NCBI RefSeq assembly: GCF_963921235.1
Contig: NC_086108.1
Location: 93,188,001-93,252,000, forward strand
Source of the DNA: Mobula hypostoma
Taxonomy: Eukaryota
Direction of reading: 5' to 3'
DNA: 64,000 bases
This document shows, piece by piece, positions 1 to 12,790 of this stretch. The notes beneath the pieces were generated by a model. The model worked only from the letters and a program-made list of their open reading frames with translations, did no database searches and was not told the DNA's origin. Position numbers and translations under genes: made by a program. Positions within the stretch are counted from its first letter, which is position 1. Each line of letters starts with the position of its first letter.

Positions 1-39
1 ACGGCAGTGAAGATTTTGAATGTTATCAAAAACTTAGAC

Positions 40-460
40 AAACATCTGTAGTGCAGAATATCCTCACTGGTATGGAAACACCAATGCTTAAGAATGGAAA
101 TGCCTACAAAAAAGTGGTGGATATGGTGGATATGGCCTAGTCCATCACAGGAAAGACCCTCCCCACCATTGAACAGATCTACAAGGTGCCCTGCCATGAG
201 AAAGTAGCATCCATCATCAAGGACTCTTCCCCCCACCATCCAAGTCATGCTCTCTTCTCATTGCTGCCACTGGGAAGGTGGCACCGAAGATTTATATCCC
301 ACACTACCAGGGTCAGGAACAGTTATTGCCCTTTAATCATCAGGCTCCTGAACCAGTGTGAATAACTTCACTCACCTTAACATTCCTCCACAAGCTATGG
401 ACTCACTTTCAAGGATTCTACATCATTTATTCTTAGTATTATTTATTTATTTATTAATCG
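40..460 (+). mobile_element. Rex1/Babar-like LINE, decayed 3' fragment (tail resumes at about 1165-1200 and 1770-1920)
   Basis: Degenerate translation resembles the Rex1/Babar C-terminus (ITGKTLPTIEQIY..C..KVASIIKD..HP.HALFSLLP.GR..IRLLN); similar fragments recur at 50130-50915, 59445-61415 and 62100-62915. Confidence 0.7.
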
Positions 461-461
461 T

Positions 462-1165
462 TACATTCGGACACGTCTCATTAGCAGGGCAGCAGTATGG
501 TCGCATTGTTTATTCCAGGGACCAGCTGATTGCGCTTATGCCGGCCGGTTTAGCAAACAGAGCGGCGGACACCCCTGCTGAAATCTGGAGGAAAACACAC
601 AAAGGATGCAGAAGGGGATCAAAAAGGTGAGGAAAGAGGACCAGGTCGAGACAACAGAGACTAATGGAGAAGAGGAGTTCTCCACTTGGACTACATGTGG
701 ACATACCTGACCAAAACTTTTCCATGGAGGGCTTCCAGATCATTCGGGCTGACCGGAAGTGCACTGAGAGTGGTAAGCGTAAAGGAGTTGGGGGCTCGCT
801 GTTCTGGTTAACAATGGATGGTGCAATCCTGGTCATATTACGATCAAGGAACGTGTTTGTAGCCCGGATATTGAACTTTTTGCTGTTGGACTTTGGCCAT
901 ATTCCACCAAGATACAACACTGGGCGTCATCGGAGGTCATTCCTGCCTGTGGCCATCGAACTTTGCAGCTCCTCCCGTGGAGGGTCAGACACCCTGAGCC
1001 AATAGGCTGGTCCTGGACTTATTTCCATCTGGCATAGTTTGCATATTGTTGTTTGATTGTTTGTGGTTTTTGTATTTCTATATTTATGCTCTATTCTTGG
1101 TTGGCGCAGCTGTGACAAAACTCAATTACCCTCGGGATCAATAACATATGTCTATGTCTATGTCT
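462..1165 (+). mobile_element. Internally deleted Rex1/Babar-like LINE (5' leader plus partial AP endonuclease fused to the 3' end)
   Basis: IVYSRDQLIAL leader; APE-like LHVDIPDQNFSMEGFQIIRADRKCTESGKRKG; jumps at about 901 to PPRYNTGRHRRSFLPVAI, a 3' UTR matching 18630-18760, and a (CTATGT)n tail. Confidence 0.65.
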
Positions 1166-1197
1166 AATAGTTTTTTTGTATTTGTCCAGTTTGTCTT

Positions 1198-1770
1198 CAA
1201 AATTCAAAGTATATTTATTATCAAAGTATGTATAGATTATACAACCTTGAGATTTGTCTGCTTACAGACAGCCACAAAGCAAGAAACCCAGAAGAACCCA
1301 ATTTAAAAAGGCCAACACCCAATACACAGAGAGAGAAAGCAAAAGCAAATCATGCAAACAGTAAAGCAACAGCATTCAGAATGAACTTAAGTCCATAAAC
1401 CCGAAGTGGGGCAAATCATAGCTCGGAGAAGCCGAAGCAAGTCACTGCCTCAGTGCCAAGGAGAGCAGGGTAAAAGTCGTGGAGCAGAACTGGCCCTGAC
1501 ACTCTGCCTCCTCAGTCCAACTGGCCCAGCGTTTCAATTGACAAAGCACCGGGTAGTCCCTGCTCTCGGACCTGGTCCCCGTTGCAGCAATATGTTCTGG
1601 ACTGGGCCCCGCATTCCGGTCCATACTTGACCAAATCGGTGCAGCGTTTAAGTGGATCCAAGCTCACTCCTGGTTTAGGTGGATGGGCTCCAAAATCACT
1701 CCAACTTTCCTCCACTCCGCTCGCTCCAACTCCATCTCAAACATGCCTCGACCTCGCTCTGCTCCATCTC
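1198..1770 (-). mobile_element. Unclassified non-autonomous retroelement with Rex1-like tail
   Basis: Minus-strand tail AATAAATATACTTTGAA resembles tails at 1860-1920 and 34200-34390; GC-richer body without a recognisable ORF. Confidence 0.4.
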
Positions 1771-2072
1771 ACACATTGGCTGTTTGTCAGTCTTTCTGTG
1801 TAGTTTTTCATTGATTCTATTGTATTTCGTTGTTCCACTGTGATTGCCTGCAAGAAAGTGAATCTCATGGTATATGGTAGCACTTATGTATTTTGAAACT
1901 AAATCTACTTTGAATTTTGAAGATAACAGTTAAGAATAGGCCACATTCGTATTAATCTTGTCACTTGAGAAAAAGATGATATTCCCACTAGAGAATCAGG
2001 TCCTGGGAACATTAATGGTTCATACATTAAAAAAGCCAGCCGTGTACAGCTGCAGTCTAGGGCAACCGGACT

Positions 2073-2327
2073 AAACATAGAAACATAGAAAATGGGTGCA
2101 GGAGTAGGCCATTCGGCCCTTCAAGCCTGCACTGCCATTCAGTATGATCATGGCTGATCATCCAACTGAGAACCCTGTACCAGCCTTCCCTCCATACCCC
2201 CGATCCCTTTAGCCATAAGGACCATATCTAACTCCTTCTTAAATATAGCCAATGAACTGTCCTCAACTGTTTCCTGTGGCAGAGAATTCCACAGATTCAC
2301 CACTCTCTGTGTGAAGAAGTTTTTCCT
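2073..2327 (-). mobile_element. CR1 LINE 3' end
   Basis: RKNFFTQRVVNLWNSLP C-terminal motif; (TTTCTATG)n tail on the minus strand. Confidence 0.9.
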
Positions 2328-3832
2328 TTCTTTCTTTTTAAATCTTTTTATTGAGTAAGTATACAAAAAAGGTAAGCCATATAAACATTAATACAATGTT
2401 AAAGTATAATAAAATTCCAAAAGGTATCAATACCAAAAAAAATACTACAAACAATGTAATTTAAACATAAGAAACCAAGATAACATAATAGTATACTAAA
2501 TTTTATATATATCAATGGAAAAAAAAGAAAAAAAAACCCCCAAAAAAAAACCCACCGTGCAACTAACTAAAAGCAAAGCAAAGCAATGGGCTAACTTGAA
2601 ACCAAACAGAGTTAAACTTAAAATCACGTCCTCAATCCCGACCTCCATTAAAAACAGTGAAAAAAAAACAAGAAGGGTAAATATTACATTAAATGAAAAT
2701 ATCGAATAAAAGGTCCCCAAATCTGTTCAAATTTAAATGAAGAATCATAAAGGTTACTTCTAATTTTCTCCAAATTCAAACATAAAATCGTCTGAGAAAA
2801 CCAAAAAAAGGTAGTTGGAGCATTAAGCTCTTTCCAATGTTGTAAAATACATCTTTTCGCCATTAAAGTAAGAAATGCAATCATTCTACGGGCTGAAGGG
2901 GAAAGATTACTAGAAATTTTAGGTAGTCCAAAGATAGCAGTAATAGGGTGAGGAGAGATATCTATATTTAATACCTTAGAAATAATATTGAAAATATCTC
3001 TCCAAAAAGTTTCCAAAGTAGGGCAAGACCAAAACATATGAGTTAAAGAGGCTATCTGCCCCGAACATCTATCACAGAAAGGATTAATATGCGAGTAAAA
3101 ACGCGCTAACTTATCTTTGGACATATGTGCTCTATGAACCACTTTAAATTGAATTAGGGAATGTTTAGCACAAATAGAGGAAGTATTAACTAATTGTAAA
3201 ATCTGCCCCCAATCATCCACAGAAATGGTAAGCCCCAATTCCTGTTCCCAATCTACCCTAATCTTATCAAATGGAACTTTCCTAAGTTTCATAATAATAT
3301 TATAAATCATAGCCGATGCACCTTTCTGACATGGATTAAGGTTAATTATCGAATCTAAAATATATGTAGGAGGAAGCATTGGAAAGGAAGAAAGTATAGT
3401 ACTTAGGAAATTTCTAACTTGTAAATATCTAAAAAAATGTATTCTTGATAAGTTATATTTATTAGATAATTGTTCAAAAGACATAAGGGAACCATCTAAA
3501 AATAAATCCAAAAACCGTAAAATACCCTTAGTCTTCCAAGTTTGAAAAGCGCGATCCATAAAAGAGGGAGGAAAAAATATGTTACCTAAAATAGGAATCG
3601 CTAACCCGAATTGATTAAGATCAAAAAATTTTCTGAATTGAAACCAAATGCGCAAAGCATATTTAACTATCGGGTTAGAGACCTGCTTAAGGCGTTTCGA
3701 ATCAAAGGGGAGAGAGGAACCTAAAATAGAGCCAAGTGTATAACCCTGAACAGATTGTAACTCCAATGCTACCCATTTAGGAATAGATAGTATATCCTGG
3801 TCATGTAACCAAAATTTCATATGTCGAATATG
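2328..3832 (-). mobile_element. L1-clade LINE, 5'-truncated
   Basis: Uninterrupted ORF2 C-terminus, T-rich 3' UTR, AATAAA plus (GAAA)n tail; 3' UTR nearly identical to 57710-57944. Confidence 0.9.
2684..3820 (-). CDS. L1 ORF2 C-terminal fragment (378 aa, zinc-knuckle region; no RT core)
   Basis: IQFKVVHRAH..CDRC..ASLTHMFWSCP motif; homologous to 43116-44237. Confidence 0.8.
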   Translation of the reverse strand: MKFWLHDQDILSIPKWVALELQSVQGYTLGSILGSSLPFDSKRLKQVSNPIVKYALRIWFQFRKFFDLNQFGLAIPILGNIFFPPSFMDRAFQTWKTKGILRFLDLFLDGSLMSFEQLSNKYNLSRIHFFRYLQVRNFLSTILSSFPMLPPTYILDSIINLNPCQKGASAMIYNIIMKLRKVPFDKIRVDWEQELGLTISVDDWGQILQLVNTSSICAKHSLIQFKVVHRAHMSKDKLARFYSHINPFCDRCSGQIASLTHMFWSCPTLETFWRDIFNIISKVLNIDISPHPITAIFGLPKISSNLSPSARRMIAFLTLMAKRCILQHWKELNAPTTFFWFSQTILCLNLEKIRSNLYDSSFKFEQIWGPFIRYFHLM

Positions 3833-4152
3833 TCAAGCCTGCACTGCCATTCAGTATGATCATGGCTGATCATCCAACACAGAACCCCGCCCCAGCCTTC
3901 CCTCCATACTCCCTGACCCCTGTAGCCACAAGGGCCATATCTAACTCCCTCTTAAATATAGCCAATGAACTGGCCTCAACAGCTTCCTGTGGCAGAGAAT
4001 TCCACAGATTCACCACTCTCTGTGTGAAGAAGTTTTTCCTAATCTCGGTCCTAAAAGGCTTCCCCTTTATCCTCAAACTGTGACCCCTCGTTCTGTTCTT
4101 CCCCAACATCGGGAGCAATCTTCCTGCATCTAGCCCGTCCAATCCTTTTAGG
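3833..4152 (-). mobile_element. CR1 LINE 3' fragment
   Basis: GLDAGRLLPMLGKNRTRGHSLRIKGKPFRTEIRKNFFTQRVVNLWNSLP; same subfamily as 24575-25738. Confidence 0.9.
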
Positions 4153-4449
4153 ATTTTTGTTTTCTTGTACGTACGACAAAGTAATCTCTAAATCGCTGAG
4201 AGGCAAATTTCCACACCACATCGGTAAAGAAATAAAGTAAGCAAATTCAATTACTCGCTATTATAAAAAGTAAAAAAAAAATTAATTGGCTCCAAAATAG
4301 AATCTTTTCATTACTTCAGAGCAAATCTGACTGCAGTTTTATCTGCTACATCAGGGACGTCCTCTCTCTGCACTGGGACCTCAAGGACAGGATATGCAAT
4401 GGAAAACAATGACAGGCAGCTCCCCTGTCCCAGACTCACACCACACACA

Positions 4450-5425
4450 GTCATAGAACACTACTGCACAGAAACAGGCCCTTTGGCCTTTCTAGTCCAT
4501 GCCGATCTATTAATCTGCCACGTCCTATCGACCTGCACCAGGATCACAGCCCTCCATACTCCTCCCATCCATGTACCTATCCAAATTTCTCTTACATGTT
4601 GAAATCAAACCCGCATCCACCACTCACTCCGGCAGCTCGTTCCATGCGCTTACACTCTCTGACTGAAGAAGTTACCACTCACGTTCCCCTTAAACATTTC
4701 ACCTTTCACCCTTAACCATGACCTCTAGTTGTCGTCTCACCAAACCTCAATGGAGAAAAGCCTGATTGCATTTACCCTATCTATACCCCTCATAATTTTG
4801 TATAGCTCTATCAAATCTCCTCGCAATCTTCCACACTCCAGGGAGTAAAGTTCTAATCTATTGAATCATTCCCTATAGCTCAGGTCCATAAATCCTGTCA
4901 ACATCCTTGTAAATTTTCTCTGTACTCTTTCAATCTTTTTGACATCATTCCTGTAGGTAGGTAACTGAAACTGTTCACAGTACTGTAAATTAGGCCTCAC
5001 CAGCGTCTTGTACAACTTCAGCATAAATTTTATTTATTTAGCGATACAGTTTGGGGTAGGCCCTTCTGGCCCTTTGAGCTATGCTGCTCCAGCAACCCAC
5101 AACCCCGATTAACCCTAACCTAATCATGGAACAATTTTACAATGACCAATTCATCTACCTGGCAGGTCTTCGAACTGTGGGAGGAAATTGAAGCACCTGG
5201 GCAAAACCCACGCATTCCACGCAGAGACTCCTTTCAGAGGATGCTGGGATTGAACGCTGAACTCCAGGATACCCCAAACTGTAACAATGCTGTGCCAACC
5301 ATGTGCTACAAATTCATGTACTCCATGGTTTGGTTTATGAAGGCCAATGTGCCAAAAGCTTTCTTTACCACCCTATTTACCAGCGATGTCACTTTCAAGG
5401 ACCTGTATTTTCAGATTCCTCTGTG
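4450..5425 (-). mobile_element. CR1 LINE 3' fragment interrupted by a SINE
   Basis: CR1 tail and RT C-terminal homology to 59772-61185 and 29600-30550. Confidence 0.85.
5028..5305 (-). mobile_element. V-SINE-like tRNA-derived SINE
   Basis: Minus strand has GTGGGTTTTTGCCCAGGTGCTTCAATTTCCTCCCACAGTTC (V-domain-like) and a B-box-like GTTCAATCC; homologous to 39100-39390. Confidence 0.7.
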
Positions 5426-6249
5426 CTATGCACTACATGCATATCGAATTATTTTATTAACTTATGGAAATATTTTGTTTGACTGTATGTGTTGTGTGTG
5501 ATGTATGTTTTGTGGGTGCACTATGATCCAGAGGAACGTTGTTTCATTTGGTTGTATATATGTACAGTCAGATGACAATAAACTTGAAATTGAACTTGAA
5601 AAACTTGAACTTTTCATGCTGTTGGTTAAACAGGAGAGTAGGAGGACTCCCCATTTTTCCCCTAGAGCCATGGGATTTTAAGCAGCCTTCTGCCCAGTCA
5701 GAACCTCTATACTCTCTGCATTGCCTCTGCTGACAGCCAGAATACACAGACTCCACTCTTCTTACAAACCAGTACTTCCAAAGAGCTGGGGTGTACAGTA
5801 ATGTCCCATCTGATGAAAACAGTGTCTTTTGTGAATAGGATGGAGCTGGTTTACCCATTCCCTTCTTGGGTATGGCATCATTGATAGCTGCAAATTTCAC
5901 TCCTAAGTGAGACTATGGTATATCACGGCCCTGTTGATGTTTAGCTATAGGGGGCCAATAACATCCCAGGATAGATGGAACCGTGTGGGCACTGCATATC
6001 GTGAAGTATGCCGGTAAAATATTTCCTAGGATAGATTCAGTTCCATGTGCTCAGACCTTTAAAAGTTGTACTGGTTTGCAATCTTCCAGCTCCACAGGGA
6101 TTTTGCGGGCCTCTCCTCTTTGGCAAAGCCTGATCCTTACCATGACCATATTCTCCCTATTCTCTCAAGCCTCTTTACTTCACTTTTCAGCGAGTCCTTT
6201 CCTCTGGCCCTTTACTGCCCGATTTCCCCCCCCCCCCCCACCACACACA

Positions 6250-6830
6250 TTGCTTGTCATGTCACTCCTGCAAGACAATATGGGGAGGGGAATCAAGCTG
6301 CAGGTTTCATGCTGTCCCCTCTCCTTCCAATCCTCCTGTGGTCCTCCCATTTTTGACCCCTTTCCCACATACCCCCACCTTCAACCATCTTTGCCCTCTT
6401 CCGCCTCCTGGTTCTAACACCCACAACCGTGTGCTCCTGCCTGCCACCCTCAGCAGCCATCTCCAATCGTCATACTTCCCTCCACCTTTCTTTCTCCATC
6501 TATTTTGTTCTCTCTTTCCTCGCTTTCTTTGCCTCCATCCATCAATCACCTGTTACTATCTCTCAAGTCTCCCCTGTTCGCTCCTCCACCTGGCACAAAC
6601 TGCCAGATACATACACCCCTCCTCAGTCCACCAATCACCTCGGACTCTTTTCTTACCACTCCTCTCTCCTCTCTGTGCTGGCCATGCTGCCTCTCCACTC
6701 TCAGTGCTGAAGCAGGGTTCTGACCCAAAATGTCGACAGTTTCTTTTTTCCCCATCGATGCTGCCCAACCCACCGAGTCCCCTCAATACTTTGCTGCTTC
6801 AGATTCCAGCAGCTCCAGTCTCTTGTACCT
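6250..6830 (+). mobile_element. Old Penelope-like element 3' fragment
   Basis: Pyrimidine-rich 3' region, degenerate hammerhead-like motif at about 6702-6740 and CCAGCA terminus, homologous to 26665-27298. Confidence 0.6.
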
Positions 6831-7951
6831 CATCCAGCCTCCTGTCTTTCTCTCTTCCACCCTCTGCTAGAATGAGCAAACTGAGCTGGAGAAGTATCAC
6901 TCAGGCTCCAAGTTAAAATTAAGTAATTGAAGTAATAATACTTAAACATGAATGCAATTTCCTGTTGTTCCAAGCTCGACCTGCTTTCAAACCAGAGATA
7001 TAAATGCAACATGGTCATTTTCCCCCAGTCCAGATTAAAAAGGTTTTATAGTTCAGCACCAGTCAACCATTAGCATTGAATGACTTCTGAAAATAATCAC
7101 ATTTGTTTACTTCAAGATACTTGCCAATTCTTGTTAAGTCACTATGATTTTCTTTCTTGATTATATTTTGCTGACTAAAATCAAACTTCTCTCCTCTAAA
7201 GGTTTCAATAATTTTCAATAAACTTTATAAATTTCAGTTAACACTGTTTTCTTGCAAATTGCCTGGCATTGGCAATAACGAACAGTTGAATATTTGTTAA
7301 TCAAGTAAATAGGTTGAGCAGGAGTAAGAAAATAATCGCCGGATTTAATAAAAAAGGGTGGCATCAATACATGGGAAAAGCATAGAGAATATTTGATTTT
7401 AATTTTGTTTTCCATGATTGTCTCTCATTTCCTGGCTCATTACACGGTTCCCCGGTTGACATGTTGTTGGACGTTCCCTCGACGTTCCCCCTGGTCTGTT
7501 CTAGAAAACCAGGCCAAAAGGATTAGTGACTTAACAAAAATCCTGAATGAGTTTCAACCTGCCCTCAAGCAGTTCTTATTGGAGCCACTACAGTGTGATA
7601 ACTCCCATCTGTCTAGTATATAGCCTTCACTAAAGTCTTGTAGGAGTTAAAAGAAGACATCTGGTCCAGTTAATGGAAATAGCATCTCATGCCTATTGCA
7701 TGGATCTAAGCTTCATATGCCATGCTCTCATTCATCCCACATAAGCTCGCCAGATGTGTGTCAGACACCCAAATCACTGAGAAAGTTCTTGTCTTGTGTC
7801 TGCTTACCGGAGGGAGAAACACACGGTTCCTCCAAAAGTCTCTGTGATATGAAGGGAGTACAAAATGACTTCCCATTCATTATTAATTGTCATAGTCTTA
7901 AAACTGGATTGTACTACTCTACTACCTAAACTTGAAAGTAATATTATATGT

Positions 7952-8012
7952 GTTCACCAGCAACTTTGATGTATGTTGCTTGAATTTCCAGCATCTGCAG
8001 AATTCCTGTTGT
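7952..8012 (+). mobile_element. Penelope-like element extreme 3' terminus
   Basis: TTCACCAGCAACTTTGATGTATGTTGCTTGAATTTCCAGCATCTGCAGAATTCC matches 46728-46781. Confidence 0.8.
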
Positions 8013-8544
8013 TTATATATTCTTTAATCATTTTAATAGTATTCAATTTACTTTTGGCTAAAACGTTAATCTCTTCCTATACAAATTGTTTAATTCAAGA
8101 AAGGACAATTTCCAAGATTTAGTGGCCATGTTTATTTCAGTTTATGTTACTCATGCAGAAAGCAATGGCAGTATTTCTGTACTAGAAACTAAATGGTGCA
8201 CTATTTTCCCTCCAATAAACACAAAGCGAATAGACATATCATAAATATTTCCAACCATGTGTTGTTGATGCTTCAGAATGTGGCCTGAACCTTTGTGGAG
8301 CTCTTTGACACGGCCAGGGAGTTAGAGAGGCATGTTCATTCTCCTATGCTCCAGGGAATAAAATTGTGACCTATTCAACCTATTCCTCATCCTTGTAACT
8401 TTTCTCTGAACCCCCTCAGTCTTTACATCTGTCCTGTGGGTAGATGACCATAATGTTCAATGGAACCTCCACAATCATGTCTGAAAACATCATTACGCGA
8501 GTTCAACGTGTACACAATGGAACGCAACATGTCAGGCACCATTC

Positions 8545-8920
8545 ACGGAGGTGAATAAAGTTGATGTTTTGGGCCGAGTCCCTTCATCAGGACCGGAAAG
8601 AAAGCGGGCAGAAGCCAAAATGGGAAGGCGGGGGGAGGGAAAGGAGTACAAGCTGATAGGTGAGAGCAGATGTTGGGGTGGGGGGAACAGGGTTACGTGG
8701 CTGGGGAGGGGGTGATGAGGTAAGAAGCTGGGAGGGGACAGGTGGAAGAGGTAAAGGGGTGAAGAAGGAATTTAGCAAGAGGACAGTGGACTATGAAAGA
8801 AAGGGAATGAGGAAAAGCACCTGAGGAGGTGATGAGCAGATGAGAAAAAGGGGGGAAAGGGTAGCCATAATAAGGGGGGAAAGGGGCGAATAGTAAAAGA
8901 GAGAAGGAGGCTGGGAGAAA
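8545..8920 (-). mobile_element. Penelope-like element 3' fragment
   Basis: Purine-rich on the + strand; minus strand has GTCCTGATGAAGGGACTCGGCCC. Confidence 0.7.
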
Positions 8921-9189
8921 GCACAATAAATAGCTCCGTACTATTTTTGTCCAGTGTAAACTCCTGGCAGATCAATCTCTCTCTCCCATTGAGAACAATA
9001 ATCCCCATTTATGAAGCACTTGTACACACCATCTTTAATTACCCACAAAGATAACTTAAGACTACTTGAATTAGTATATGATGTACCCCATAATGTAGTT
9101 ACAATCATATTACAAAATAAACATTAAATACAGTACTGTATACATACAAATACATATTTACACATACCCATTACTAAAGAAATGGAATA

Positions 9190-12100
9190 TTAGAACATAA
9201 GACCATTAAGTCCATATGATACAGGAGCAGAATTAGGCCATTTGACCCATCAAGTCTGCTCTGTCATTTCATCATGGCTGATTCATTTTTCCTCTCTGCC
9301 GCAATCTTCTGCCTTTTTTCTTAATTCCTTCATGTCCTAACCAATCAAGAATCTATCAACCTCTGCCTTAAATATACTTTCCGACTTGTCCTCCGCAGCT
9401 GCCTGTGGCAATGAATTTCACAGATTTACCACTCTCGGCTAAAGAAATTCCTCATCATCTCCGTTCTAAAAGGACACCCCTCTATTCTGAGGCAGCGTCC
9501 TTTGTTCTTAGATTCTCCCACCATAGGAAACATCCTCTCCTCATCCATTCTCTCGAGATCTTTCAACATTCGATAAGTTTCGATGATGTCACACCTCATT
9601 ATTCTAAATTCCAGTGAATACAGGCCCAGAGCCATCAAACGCTCCTCATATGACAAGCCTTTCTATCACAGAATCACTCTTGTGAACCTCCTTTAAACCC
9701 TCTCCAATGTCAGCTCATCCTTTCCTAGATAAGGGGCCCAAAACATAAGAACGTAAGGCCCATCGAGCCTGCTCCGCCATTCAGTAAGATCATAGCTGAT
9801 CTGACTATGGACTCATCTCCACCTAACTGCTCATAATACTCCAAGTGAGGCCTCACCTGTGCTCTACAGCCTTCCTCTTGAAATGAATGCTAACATTGCA
9901 TTTGCCTTCCTCACCATCGACTCAACCTGTATAATAACCTTTAGGGAATCCTGCATTAGGACCCCCAAGGCCTTTTGAGCCTCAGATTTTTGAATTCTCT
10001 CTCCACTTAGAAAATAAATCTTCCCTTTTTTTTCTTCTACCAAAGTGAATGGCCATACACTTCCTGATACTGTATTCTATCTTCCACTTCTTTGCCCATT
10101 CTCCTAATCTGTGTAAGTCCTTCTTTAGCCTCTCTACTTCCTCAGAACTACCTGCCCTTCCACCTACCTTTGTATCGTCAGGGAACTTGGCCACAAAGCC
10201 ATCAATTCTGTCATCCAGGCCATTGACATAAGGTAATAAGAAGCAGTCCCAACACAGACCCCTGTAAAACACCAGTATTCACCAGCAGCCAGTTAGAAAA
10301 GGCTTCCTTTATTCCAATTCTTTGCCTCCTGCCAATCAGCCACTGCTAGTATCTTTCCTATAATACCACAGGCTTGTAGCTTGTTCGGCAACCTCATATG
10401 TGGCATCTTGTCAAAGGCATTCTGAAAATCCAAGTACACAACATCCATCGATTCTTCTAAATCTATTCCAACAGATTTGTTAGGCAAGATTTTCCCTTGA
10501 TGAAACCATTCTGACTACAGCCTCCACCTCCAAGTATCCCAAAACCACATATTTAATAATCTACTCTAACATTTTCCCAACCACTGAGGTCAGACTAACT
10601 GCCCTATAATTACTTTTCTTCTGCCTCTCTCCCTTCTTGAAGAGTGAAATTACATTTGCAATTTTCCATCCCTCCAGAACCATGCCAGAAAGAATTGATT
10701 CTTCAAAGATCATTACAAATATGTCCTCAAGCTCTTTAGCCACCTCCTTCAGAACCCTAAGGTGTGCACCACCTGGTCCAGGTGGTTTATTTATCTTCAG
10801 ATCTTTCAATTTGCCAAGAACCTTCTCCCTAATAATGGCAACTTCACCCACTTCTGCCCCCTGACACCCTCGACCTTCCATCATACTGTCTTCCACAGTG
10901 AAGACTGATGTAAAATACTTAATACTTATTCAGTTTGTCCGCCATTTCCTTGTCCCTCATTACTAGCTCTCCAGCATCATTTTCCAGCGGTCCAATATCT
11001 ATTTTTGCCTCTCTTTTACATTTTAAGTATCTGAAGAAATCTTTGGTATGCTCTTTAATATTATTGACAAGTTTACCTTCATATGCCATCTTTTCCTTCT
11101 TTATGACTTTTTTAGTTGTCTTCTGTTGGTTTTTAAAAGTTTCCCAATCCTCTAACTTCTTGCTTTGGCTTTTATGTTGGTTTTGACTTCCCTTGTCAGC
11201 TATGCTTGCGTCATCCTGCCTTTTGAATGCTTCTTCCTCTTTGGGACATATATACCTTGTGCCTTCCAAACAGCTTCCAGAAATTCCAGCCACTGCTGTC
11301 CTGCCATCATTGCTGCCAGTGTTCTTTTCAAATCAATTCTGGCCAGCTCCTCTCTCATATCTCTGTAATTCCCCTTACTCCACTGTAACACTGATACATC
11401 TGTCTTTAGCTTCTCCTTGTCAAACTGCAGGGTGAATTATATTATATTATGATCACTCTTCCCCTTAGAGTAAATTTACATTAAGCTCACTAATCAATTC
11501 TGGTTCATTGCACAACACCCAATCCCGAATAGCTCATCCCCTAGTGGGCTCAACCATGAGCTGCTCAAAAAAGCCATCTCATTGGCATTCTAGAAATTCC
11601 CATTCTTGGGATTCAGCCCTAACCTGGTTTTCCCAGTCTATCTAATTATTGAAATCCACTCATGTCTATCATAACACTGCCCTTTGGGCATGCATTTTCT
11701 ATCTCCTGTTGTAAATCATAGATCACACCTTTACTACTGTTTGGGGGGTCTGTATATAACTCACATCAGGTTCTTTTTACCCTTGCAGTTCCTTAGCTTT
11801 AACCACAACGATTCAGTACCTTCTGACCCTATGTCACCCCTTTCTAATGATTTGATTTCATTTTTTACCAACAGAGCCACACCACCCCCTCTGCCTACGT
11901 GCCTGTCCTTCAGATACAATGTGTATCCTTGGACGTAAAGCTCCCAGCTATAATTTTCCTTCAGCCACGATTCAGTGATGCCCATAATGTCATACATGTC
12001 AATTTGTAACTGTGTTACAAGTTCATCAACCTTATTCCATATACTCTGCACATTCAAGTACAACATCTTCAGTCCTGTATTCACCCTTTTCAATTTTGTT

Positions 12101-12790
12101 CACCTTTTACATTGCAACTCATCCGTTGACTGCTATTTTGCCCTATCATCAGCCTCTCCTTACCAGCAGTCTCACTACACATGCCTCTGTTTGTAAATTA
12201 ACTACCTCATCCTGAGCACTATCCCTCTGATTCCCATTACCCGGCCAAATTAGCTTCAACCCATCCGAACAGCTCTATCAAACCTACCCGCAAAGATGTA
12301 GTAACCTGCTCCAGTTCAGTTGTAGCCTGTCCCCTTTGTACAGGTCATACCTTCCCCAGAAGAGATCCCAATGATCCACAGATCTGAACCCCTGCCCCCT
12401 GCGCCAGTTCCTCAGCCATGAATTCATCTGCCAAATCATCCTATTCTTACCCTCACTGGCGCACAGCAGAGGCAGTAATCCAGAGATTACCACCCTGGAG
12501 GTTCTGTTTTCCAGATTTCTACCTAGCTCCCTAAAATCTCTCTTCAGGACCTCCTCACCTTCCCTAGCTATGTCGTTGGTGCCAATATGTACCAAGACTT
12601 TTGGCTGCTCACCCTCCCCCTTTAGAATGCCATGGACCCTATCTGAGACATCCCTGACCCTGGCACCTGGGAGGCAACATACCATCTGGGTGTCTCTATC
12701 ACACCCGTAGAATTTCATCTTTGTTCCTCTGACTGTGGACACCCCTATCACCACTGCAGTTCCCTTCACCTCTCTTCTCATCTGAGCCAT
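9190..12790 (-). mobile_element. Near full-length decayed CR1 LINE (ORF1 esterase, APE, RT)
   Basis: ORF1 SGNH-esterase-like VVIG.STVRG..CCLPGARVRDV..VHIGTNDI (12284-12770); APE LYLNVQSI..GITESWL..GRGGGVALLV; RT NYRAVSLTS, YLDFQNAFDK, KFPDDTK; many frameshifts and stops. Confidence 0.92.

Noticed and set aside
5983..6916. Pro/Ser/Leu-rich ORFs up to 220 aa
   Set aside because: Arise from the pyrimidine-rich PLE 3' region, which lacks stop codons by composition.
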